Of a stretch of 20,000 nt of DNA, positions 11,064-20,000 are shown piece after piece. Under the pieces are notes generated by a model that made no database searches, was not told the origin of the DNA, and was given only the letters and a program-made list of their open reading frames with translations. A program made the position numbers and the translations under genes. The stretch comes from Moniliella sp. 'wahieum' (Eukaryota). The stretch is taken from NCBI GenBank assembly GCA_003971905.1, contig RSEE01000093.1, positions 239,353-259,352 on the forward strand, in the 5' to 3' direction. Position 1 is the first letter of the stretch. Each line of letters begins with the position of its first letter.

Positions 11064-11922
11064 TGTCACGGGGGGGTCCCGAGGTGGGACCCCCCCTGTA
11101 GTTTAGGGGTATAAACCCTTGGACAGGTCAATCGGTGGCTCGTACGTTAGGTCCTGCTCCAGATCCTGGTTGAACCGAGCGGGTGTAGAGGCTAGGGAGA
11201 GACCCTCTAGTTTGGGTGGCTGCCTGCGTGCAAAGGCCGCAGTCCAGACCCTCCGAGGTAGGAGCCGTGTACGTAGGTCGTTAGCCAGCTGAAGGGGTCC
11301 AGGAGCTCCGGAGCTACTCTGTTCCTCGCCGCGTTACCACACTCGGTACGCTGTAGCCGGCGGGAACAGACAGAGTCCTAAAGAAGAGCAAGCGCTACTG
11401 ATGTGAGTAACCGCGGCTTGCAGTGCACTCGACGTAAGTCGTAAATTCGTAAGCGTAAGGGTGGTAGAAGGTGGAAGGGCGAGAGAGGAACTGGTAGTCG
11501 GGGAGACCAACGGTAATAGACAGGATGGTCGACAAGGACCACAGCTAGCAAGCCATAGACATGGCTGCTTATATACAGCAGAGGGAACCAGGCCTCAAGT
11601 GCCTCATGACAGGTATAGACAGAATGCGGGGCACTTCCCAGAAAGGTAAAGAAGACTAATGCACAGCCCTTGCTTCCCAAGGCGCTGACGCTGCGCAGTC
11701 GGGCGCAGCAGGAAGGGTTCTGACAAGACTGGCCGCAATAGGCACAAAACATCGTACCGATAAGACCATGCGGCCATGGCAGGCCGCGGAGGATATCCGC
11801 AGCAAGGATAAGGTGTCGACTGGCTTTCTCTCGCTAGTCTAACCGAACTGACGCATGTTGGGCTGAGATGTCTACGACATGCGGGGCTCAGCGTCCGGAG
11901 ATAACCGGAGCGCCCCGTAACA
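11064..11922 (-). mobile_element. Solo LTR (859 bp) of an LTR retrotransposon
   Basis: TG...CA termini with 10-bp terminal inverted repeats TGTCACGGGG / CCCCGTAACA (9/10 match). Perfect 5-bp target-site duplication ATACT at 11059-11063 and 11923-11927. TATATAAG on the minus strand at 11575-11568, followed by pyrimidine-rich sequence, suggests minus orientation. No PBS, PPT or gag-pol is adjacent. Confidence 0.88.
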
Positions 11923-12633
11923 ATACTAGGTTGAGGGTGCTGCGCGGCTATAGTAAACCAGATTAATATAGTCTGGGACCGAGTGCCGGGAGTTCCAATA
12001 AGGGTCCTAGCCTAGAGCTGTTGCCAGATGGAGGGCGAGGGCGACGATATCTTTGGACACGCCCGTTCAGACAGCAGGCGAAGTGAGGCTGAGGCGGACC
12101 AAATATTGATGGAGGCGTATACTAGTACTAGGCGGGGCCGATGTATAGAAGTAGATGGGCCAGGCTGCGGCCATGCAGTCAACGTAGTGAACAGCAGGAA
12201 AACCAAGGGGCCCGAGGGGTGGACTAGGGTGAACTCACCCCCTCCTGCGCACTAACGTCGTTGAGCAGGCAAAGACACCGCGCGGGCGCATAACCGCGGA
12301 GCCACTGGTTCCGACAATATTGACGAGTTCTCTGTTGCCCTTCCGGAGCCATAGGAGCGGCTGCAACCCACACGCCGAGCCAGCGCAGTGGGGCACAATT
12401 CCGCCCCACGCCTGCTTTCCGCGCAGGGAGGCGCGCGAGGCACGGCTGAGGATCAACGTTCAACCCTAGCGCAGGTGGATCCGCGCTAGATCAGGCCACT
12501 GGGCCAGCCTTCCTCCGTCCTCAGCATTGAACGTTTCAACACCAGGCTGCCCCGTCCGACTGCTGTGGTCCTCCCCCAGCCCGAAGCCCCCAACACCATC
12601 CACCCCCTCACTCGGCCGCTCCCGCCCGCCTGC

Positions 12634-14403
12634 ATGCCAATCATCGTCCTGTCCTCGCCGCCGTCGCCGGCCCGCGCCGCGCTTCCCGCGTGCCTCATCG
12701 CCATCCAGCGTTCGTACTTAGCCCTCGCCAGCTTGCTGGTTGTGGCCGTTGGCCTCGCCTCGGCGTCCGCAGCACAGTCGCTTCCGTGCGGATGCCGCGC
12801 CCGACGTCGACGATGCCACCTGGGCGCGTCCTCTTCTGCGCAGCTTGCAACACCCCACCTTGCATCATCGGCCGTCTCTTCCGTGCGCTGCCTGGATCTC
12901 CATTGTGTGCGCTACGTAACGAGCAGCTATCAGAACGACCCGTTCCGCACCCTGCCGAGCTGTGCTCATCGGCTTTGCCCTGCGCACCATTCTCCAGCAG
13001 CGTACCCAGTCCCAGGCCTCCGGCTCGAACTTTGTCGAGCTCACCGCGGCCGAGATCGATGGACTGGTGACGACTTTAGTCCTGAGCCCCTCTGCACCCC
13101 TCTCGATGAGTTTGAGAAGTGGGACTTGGCCTCGGTCCCCCTCATTGTTGGACCCAACGGCCCGCGCCCTACGGTCAAGTCCGAAGCAGTGGGCCAGCGA
13201 ACCAGGGCTTGAACCTAGCTAGCTTCAACTTACCGATCTGGCGTCTGGACCCGAGATGAAGGAGCGCGCGATCCAGACGCTGCGCCAATACGGCGTTGGG
13301 TCCTGCAGTCCGCCTGCTTTTATGGCACGATTGGTGCGTTCCCGCCCTGTCCTGTTCTTGTTTGCCATTTGCTAACCTGCACATCCTCTCGTAGACGTCC
13401 ACATGGACCTTGAGGCCAACCTGGCACGCTTCCTTGGCACAGAGCGTGCGATCGTCTATCCCAGGGCTTCACCACCACCTCAGTGTTATCCCTATCTTTT
13501 GCAAGCGCGGAGACGTCATCGTTGCTGACCGCGGGTGAACTACTCGATCCAGAAAGGCATTCAGATCAGTCGGTCGAAGGTGCGATGGTATGAGCACAAC
13601 AGCATGTCTTCCCTGTCCGCGTGCTCGAGTCGATCACCCGGGACGATGTGCGCCCGCAAGCAGCCCCTCACCGCCGCTTCATCATCACCGAGGGCATCTT
13701 TGAGAACGATGGTCAACTGAGCGATTTGGGTGCGATTGTTGCGTTGGCCAAGAAACACAAGTTCCGCATTCTGCTTGACGAGGGTCTTTCTTTGGTACGA
13801 TTGGAAAGACGGGCAAGGGTGCGACCGAGTTGTTTGGGGTGCCGGCTACCGACATTGACATTCTGACGGGTAATCTGGCCAACACTCTTGGCAGTGCTGG
13901 CGGCTTTGTTGCTGGTTCGGCTGTCGTCGAGTTCCACCAAACGGATCAACTCGCCTGGGTTTGTTTACTCAGTGCTCTGCCGGCGCTCAATGCGGTAACC
14001 GCCTCGACTGCGATTCAGCGGCTCGAGACGGACGCCTCGTCGTTGCGCGTGCTGCAAGACAACATTCGCACGCTGCGGAGCGTGTTGGATACGTTGCCTA
14101 CAATTGACATTCCCTCGCACAGCCCCTCGCCCGTCATTCATATTCGCGTGCGTGCTGGGGAAAAGGAGCGGACCGTGGAAGAGCAGACGCGCTTACTGCA
14201 GGCCATCGTGGACCATGCATTGAACCAGGGTGTCCTCCTCGTCCGTTCTCGCCGCCTCCCCTCGATCAACCCGGCGGTGCTCGATACAAGCCCGACTCTG
14301 ACCCGACCATCCGAATTGCCGTCTCGTCGGCCTTCACCAAGTCCGAGATGGAGCTTGCGGCCAGGTACTGCGCCAAGCGATCGTTGACGTTCTGGGCCAG
14401 TAG
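12634..14403 (+). CDS. LCB1: Serine palmitoyltransferase subunit 1 (LCB1/SPTLC1); multiple frameshifts, start codon uncertain
   Basis: Conserved blocks across frames: [105 protein letters not shown]. The last lacks the PLP-binding Lys of LCB2, as expected for LCB1. Intron 13334-13394 (GTGCGT..GCTAAC..TAG). Stop TAG 14401-14403. Confidence 0.93.
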
Positions 14404-14570
14404 GCACCTTCCCCTTCCCCGTGCCCTGCTTGGATGCCGCTGCCCTCCTCCCCCTGACATGACAGAATGGTTCTATGGCGTGTAAGTGCAACCTGGCCCC
14501 TTTAAACGAAAGCAAGAAAAACAAGAAAAGAAAAACGCAAGATATGCCATGTTCAATCCTTCTCCCCTCC

Positions 14571-15609
14571 TTACTCTTCCAGAACTTGGGCCCCTCGTAG
14601 GAACAGAAAGGAACTGCACGTCGCACTCGATCTTCTCCTTGGCAAATTCACCCGTGATCGTGTTGGCAATGTGCGACAGTTGTCCGTCGCCAAGGCAGGA
14701 TGGTAGGTCCAGCGCGGAGAGACAGATGCCCAACAGCCCCGGGTGGGACGAAGGCGTGACGCTGGCAAGGATGCGCGGAAGACCTGGGATGAGTTGAGAG
14801 CGGTAGGGCTGGGGGACCTTGTCCTGCATCGCCTGGAAGACGAGGTTGACATCACAAGGGCTGCGGGCCAGGGCAGTAGTGAGAACAGCGAGCCCGTTGC
14901 AAGTTGAATACCAGGTCGTGCCGGGAAAAGGTGGTGGGCAAGACAGCCCGCGTTTGCAGTGGACACTTCAAATTGCGGGATGATCGCAATCACACGAATC
15001 TCGGCTGCCCAGCCAAACCGAATGTAGGCCAATTCCGCGCGGCGGGGATGGGGGGGTTGCGACCCCAGTCGGCCGACGCATCGGGCGGGTACTCGGGCAG
15101 GACCTCGGAAAGGGGCACATCTTTCGCCTCCGTGTCTTCGGGCGACAGCGAGCAAGTAGGAGCCCACCAAAGCCACCACCAGCGCGCGCGTCACATTGTC
15201 CGGGTGGCGCTCAATCATCAGCGCATGGTCCAACAGACGAGACGTGTCGAGCCCAGCTTTCCCAGCCGGTTGCCCAAACCACACCGGCCACCACAGCGGC
15301 GCCCGACGAGCCAAGCCGCGCCAAACGGTACCTCGTTGTGCACATCAATGACACCCTGCCGGGAAAGAAGGGACGCCGTTGGCACGCAGCACGTAGAGAG
15401 CAGTGCGGGTGGTCAGTTCTTGTACGCGTCCAACGGCGCATCCGCTGCGCCTTGACCCGTGTAGTGCAGCTTGGGCGCCGGGTTGGAGGCGGCTGGGTCG
15501 ACGGTGACGCGCAGCGTAAGGTAGAGGAAAGCGAGAGGCCAACAACGTCAAACCCAGGGCCAATGTTGGAGGAGGTGCAGGGCACCTTGATCGTGAAGGT
15601 CTCAACCAT
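14571..15609 (-). CDS. THR1: Homoserine kinase (GHMP kinase family); multiple frameshifts
   Basis: N-terminal MVETFTIKVPCTSSNIGPGFDVVGLSL, GHMP ATP-binding motif (L)GSSGAAVVAGV, MIERHPDNV, IAIIPQFEVSTA, and QDKV.QPYRSQLIPGLPRIL...HPGLLGICLS. Ends GAQVLEE-TAA at 14571. Confidence 0.95.
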
Positions 15610-15769
15610 GGGGGAGGAGCTGGTGGGGAAGGAAAGGGAAGGAGGAGGTGCTGATGGAGAAAAACTTCTGACTGGCCACCCACCGGAACGGACAAGGAGC
15701 GGACAATGTCATCGATAGATGATCTTTTTTGTCCGCTGCTCCGACCGGCCCGCAGCGAAAAGAAAACTT

Positions 15770-16216
15770 TTACTCAAAACCCAGCTGGTAAGCGGCAACC
15801 CTACTCTGCCAAAAAACTGCGCAGTTTCGCCCCCATCGCTCCACTTTGTGGCCTAGCCCTTTTGTGATTGTGACAAGCACGAGTACCACACACCAATGTA
15901 AGAGGAGCACAACCGGCAGCCACTGGCTACAATGCACGGTCAACGTGTCGGGCCTATAGGTGGGTTGGGACCAAGAACGGGAGAAAAAGGGCGATGAATT
16001 CGGAAGAATGAATAAGCTAACGAGACTGGCCAATGACACCACGATCATGAAAAATGTCGACCCAACGGAGAGCAGCAACAAGTAACGGAGCCTCCCCATT
16101 TGGGGCGGCAGTGGAATGTTGAGCGGCGTTGCCGGGCCGACGGCGGTATGTTGAGCTATTGCTGTGGAAACGATACTCTTGGCTGCCTTGGCGAAAGTGT
16201 CCTTGTCCCGTGCCAT
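15770..16216 (-). CDS. Small membrane protein (148 aa, two hydrophobic segments); weak architectural resemblance to PIG-Y/Eri1
   Basis: Intact ATG-to-TAA ORF filling the gap between THR1 and THP3 in the same orientation. Hydrophobic stretches LLLLSVGSTFFMIVVSLASLVSLFILP and WLPVVLLLHWCVVLVLVTI. The family assignment is only an impression. Confidence 0.5.
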   Translation of the reverse strand: MARDKDTFAKAAKSIVSTAIAQHTAVGPATPLNIPLPPQMGRLRYLLLLSVGSTFFMIVVSLASLVSLFILPNSSPFFSRSWSQPTYRPDTLTVHCSQWLPVVLLLHWCVVLVLVTITKGLGHKVERWGRNCAVFWQSRVAAYQLGFE

Positions 16217-16413
16217 AATACCAAGTTACTTCTGTGCTCGATCATCCGTCTTGGAGAGGAGCCGACTTGGGCACTGGTCAGCACTCAGGCGAAGAGCGAC
16301 GGGCAACCTGTTCAAAAAAAGAAAAAAAAATACGGGGAGGGAGAAGGAGAGGGAGAAGGAGAGGGGAGAAAGGGGAAATGCGATGGGGGTGGGGAGGGGA
16401 ACACGATAACCGC

Positions 16414-18065
16414 CTACAGCTGACCCTTGATGTCTACCCTCTTGAGCTTTTCGGCGGCAGTCAAGAGAAAGGCAGAGCAGCCCGCGTGTCCCACTTGCCC
16501 TCTCCTGCATACAGGTCGGCCTGCACAGAATGGAGGAATTCCATGACCTCCTGGGAAGACTGGAAGGCTAGCTCATCCTGGAAAAGGAAAGGGGCAAGCT
16601 GGGACGGTAGGCTCGGGCGAGCGTGAGGAGCGCTCGGGTGCGTTCTCGATCGGAGAAGGATCCATAATGTAGGCATTCATGTTGGGCGCAGAGGTGTAGA
16701 GGAAAAGAAGGCATGGTAGTCCCCGTTAGCAAGCCCTACGTACCCCTAACGCATGCTGCACTGCCGCGTCATCTTCCTCTTGTGGGCACCAGGCTGGAAG
16801 CTCACTGGGCGGGAGATCGGCAGAGCGCATTGAGTTCTTGCGGTTGCCCGTGTGGAGCAAATAGAGAATCCTGTATGCCGTGAACTCGCTGACTCGGCCG
16901 GGGATCCCCAACTCATACAGGACGAGGAGTTGGGATTGACACTGATTGTACTCGCCCAAGTCGCCCTTCTCAAGGGCAATACGGGCGTGAATCTCGTATA
17001 CTTGGACCGTAAATGGGTTCTTGATCCGTTGCACCTATTCTCATACACCACGCAGTTAGTTCCACCACCGCGACAGTAGCAAAAGAGACGCACCGTCAAA
17101 TCCTGTCGCAAACTCTTGAACTGGTCACAAATGTAAGCATAATTGTGTTCAGCCCGCCACTTCTTCTTCAGCAGGGCCAACGTCTGCTCCAACACGGGCA
17201 GTGGGCGCACTGTTCGGGGGTCAGGGGCCGAGGTGAGGCGCAAATATGGTTTTTCGAGTGCTGTACTGGTGCCCACAACGGTGTCCTTGTCCCAATCAAT
17301 AACGTTGGGGTCTTCCACTTCGGCGTCGACAAAGGCCGGAGCGCGGGGAAGAACAGCAGCCGGGGCACCATAAGCCATCGGGCGTGCCCAAAGGCGTGCT
17401 GGGCCGGGACAAAAGCTGGGGCTGAAGATGGTTGGCCAAATCGTGATTTTTTAGGAGGGGCCGCGGATGCGGTCAAGGAGGACGAGGGCGGTGGAAGGAG
17501 CGGGTCAGGGGCAGCTTCGAATCGGCGGGCGCGCTTGTCGCGGCGTGCTTGTTCTTCAGGGGTCAGTTTAGGCACGCCTCGCAATGCCTTGCGTTTGAGG
17601 GGTGTGGGCGCAGGCTGGAGAGACTTAGGAAGCGGGGCCTGTTCCCAGTCGGTGCTATGGATCGTCTGGCTGCTGTGGGCGGCGAACACGATCTGACGCA
17701 GCTCTTCGCTGACCGCATCGCGGTTCGAGTCGTCGGCCAGCTCGAAGACGCGTCTGGCGTACTTTCTTCGGGGGGGGGGGTCAACACCGGGCGGCGGCAG
17801 ATCAGCTCGCCGACGCACAGGGGAGACAGCAGACGCACTTGAGAGATTCGGGCCATGCGCCCATGGTGTGGCGGCGACGAGGGAGGGGGGGGTGGTGGTG
17901 GTGGTGGTGGTTGGGGTGGTGGTGGTGGTGGTGGTGCAGTGGGTGGGTGCCTGTGGATGCTGACAGCGGACCGCGGCGGGCGCAGCCGATTAAATCGCAG
18001 GGGCGGAGTGGGCGGGTTGCACCGGGCCGTGGCGGAATGGATGGGCTCACCCAGGCGGACACCAT
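16414..18065 (-). CDS. THP3: SAC3/GANP/THP3-family PCI-domain protein (Thp3/LENG8 type); introns and frameshifts, start uncertain
   Basis: Core sequence [41 protein letters not shown]...[50 protein letters not shown]...[10 protein letters not shown]-terminal WPESLKKYARRVF...TDWEQAPLP block and C-terminal [11 protein letters not shown] (16414). Introns 17838-17766 and 17093-17035 (GTGCGT..AG). The ATG at 18065 lies in a GCCGCCATGG context. Confidence 0.92.
17891..17935. repeat. (GGT)7-TGG-(GGT)7 trinucleotide repeat, probably a poly-Pro tract in the THP3 N-terminus
   Basis: Read directly. On the minus strand (CCA)n encodes [15 protein letters not shown]. Confidence 0.85.
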
Positions 18066-18164
18066 GGCGGCGGGGCGTTTCCGCGACGGACACGGCCACG
18101 GCAACGGGGCGGGTGGGCTGGTTTCGACGGCTGAGCCACCATCATCCCATGGCTGCTTGACTCC

Positions 18165-19162
18165 ATGGCCTGGGCCCTGGCCGCTGCAGTGCGTGTTGCC
18201 GGCGCTGGCGTCGCTGTGCTGGGCTCCAGCACCGCTGCCCTCCTCGTCGCGCGCGCAGCCCCGCTGCGGCTGCGCTGTCCTCGACGCTGCTGCCAGCGCA
18301 GCGCTTCTCGGCCTCAGTCTCGGCCTCGCGGCGCGCTGCCGCGCATGTGTCGCCAGTGCGCATCCTGCTCTGGGCCACACATACAGCAGCAGCTCCACTT
18401 GTCTTCCTCCTCTCCTCCTCCCCTTCTCTAGCCACGAAGAGCACGAACTCCAAGAAGCTCGCGCCGGCCTCTTTGGCGCTCTGCTCTTGCTCGGCGTCTT
18501 CCTGCTATGGATTTCGACAGTGTTATCGCGGCTCTTCCCTGCCTATGGCACAGGAACAGGGGTACGCTCCCTTGAAGTCACGGTGCACGATTTGAAGTAC
18601 CCCGATCCCCATCCTGCTCCGGTCTCCCGCCCCCTGGTCTGGGCCATCCCGAGTCTCACGAGTTGGCCGAGTGGGACGCTGATGATGCGGATGAATCGAG
18701 CGGGGCCGAAGAAGAAGAAAGGGAGTCAACACCACAGCCGCATCTTCGCACCCGTCGCCCCCGGCAATTCCGTCCCCCTCGTGCTAAGCGGCGCCAGCCA
18801 TCACGATGGCATGTCCTCTCTCCCGCTGGGCGGTACTCGGACGTACTCGACCTTGTACTGCCTCCTCGTGCCGGTGGACCCGGCTCATATCCGACCAAGT
18901 GTTGGTCAGTGCAGCCGTTTACATGTGCCACTGTGCCTTTCAGCTTGGCTCTGACGCTTCGTTCCTGCCTCTCGTTCCGGCCATATCGCTGAGCACGAGC
19001 GCCGCCTTGTTGCTTGGCATTCGACTTGGCCGTCCTCCACTCTTTATGCCGCTCATCTGGGCTGTGCCTTTCGTGCTTGTAGGGTGGCTGGCCGGGGCAG
19101 TTTTCCCGCTGGAACCCAGGTGCCTGGTGGGACGGACGATCGTGGCGGGCATGCTGCTGTAG
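18165..19162 (+). CDS. Multi-pass membrane protein, possibly a divergent PIG-F/GPI11-like protein; frameshifted
   Basis: ATG 18165 opens a hydrophobic N-terminus (MAWALAAAVRVAGAGVAVLG). Further hydrophobic blocks across frames are LFGALLLLGVFLLWISTVL, YCLLV.GGP, SLALTL.FLP and AVPFVLVGWLAGAVFPLE. Their order recalls PIG-F (LFGAP ... GAWLGAxPIPLDW), but the DWDRPWQ motif is not visible. Confidence 0.4.
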
Positions 19163-19533
19163 TGTCGGTGCGCAACCTCCACGACTCGACCATCCTTTTT
19201 GACCAGCTAGTCGCGTGCCGCCGTTTCAGCCATGTCCCCTGCACGACCACGCCATCGGATCCGGCGGACTCGCTCGATGCACTTGCCCTGCTGCTGCGGG
19301 TCGAGAAGCACATGTGCACGCCCGTCCCGCTCCACCCTGCCCACTTTCGCTCTGCCGATGTGGCCAGGCCGAGCGCCATCGCCTGCTGCGCCCTTGGCTA
19401 CGGCTGCTGTCATGGCGTGGCCGCGTGGGCGCCGAGCGTGATGGTGTGGCTCTTGTCATGCCGGGAGCAGGCAATGCCGATACCCCATTGTATCTGCTGG
19501 GTAGACAGATGGGAGGCAGAGACGGAAGGTAGA

Positions 19534-20000
19534 TCAGCTTAATGATAGCAGAGCGCGCCTCTGTGCGGCGGAAGCGCTGACGTCAGACCATTCCAGACTG
19601 GATCCAGACCGGCCGATGTAGGGTTGGGCACGCGGCCGCCCTCCGCGCCGCCCGCCGCGCCCGCCGGCTGCGCCCCACACTCCTCCTCCGCCCGTCGTCT
19701 GTGCCATGCGCGCCGGCGGCGCGCTCTCCCGCCGAGCCGCCGCCGCTGGCGACTCGGCCGGCGCCTCTCCCGACAACCGCAGTTGCCTCCGCCCTCGCCG
19801 CCCTCCACCAGCAGGTCCCTCCCCTCGCCTCGCCGCCTCCCCGCCCGCCGGCCCAGACCCAGCCCGCGCTCAGCGCCCTCTCCGCCCTGCTCACCACCGT
19901 CCTCTCCGACGCTGCCCCGACGCACCCGGCCTGGCCCGTCTCTTTCAGCGTGCGTTCGTCCGCGCTGCCATCGAGCACGTCGGTGCCGACCTCGCTGCCC
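19534..20000 (-). CDS. Probable low-complexity 3' end of a gene entering from the right edge, function unknown
   Basis: Very GC-rich, stop-poor minus-strand frames (GSEVGTDVLDGSADERTLKE...; ...SSLEWSDVSASAA...LLSLS-TGA). No recognisable domain, and frameshifts are likely. Confidence 0.35.

Noticed and set aside
11064..11725. Shorter solo-LTR boundary ending at TGACA 11725
   Set aside because: The flank AGACT matches ATACT at only 4/5 positions and the terminal repeat is 5 bp. The 11922 end gives a perfect TSD and a 10-bp repeat.
12466..12489. Hairpin CTAGCGC...GCGCTAG as a Helitron 3' end
   Set aside because: The CTAG is part of the stem rather than ~10 bp downstream, and there is no supporting 5' end or Rep/helicase sequence.
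12486..12704. Walker-A-like VLGASGWGRTT in a minus-strand ORF
   Set aside because: It has Arg instead of the catalytic Lys and no Walker B, and it lies antisense to the C-rich LCB1 upstream region.
17802..18954. Long track ORFs with poly-Trp, poly-Gly or poly-His
   Set aside because: These are alternative-frame or antisense readings of the (CCA)n poly-Pro repeat in GC-rich DNA.

Overview
Eukaryotic fungal DNA, most likely a basidiomycete: short GT-AG introns with CTRAY branch points and fungal-type proteins. The window has two very different halves. The right part (~12.6-20 kb) is compact and gene-dense: serine palmitoyltransferase subunit LCB1 (+), homoserine kinase THR1 (-), a small membrane-protein ORF (-), a THP3/LENG8-type SAC3-GANP gene (-), a possible PIG-F/GPI11-like membrane protein (+) and the 3' end of an unknown gene (-). 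These genes carry many small frameshifts, most simply explained as an unpolished long-read consensus. The left part (~0.1-12.5 kb) is gene-poor. It holds a spliced two-finger C2H2 transcription factor gene with a degenerate Zn2Cys6-like motif, and an 859-bp solo LTR with a perfect 5-bp target-site duplication. It also holds a ~9-kb non-coding tract with many tandem duplications of 7-bp odd palindromes that share the form xyTNAy'x' while differing in arm sequence. That recurring pattern is the most unusual signal in the window.
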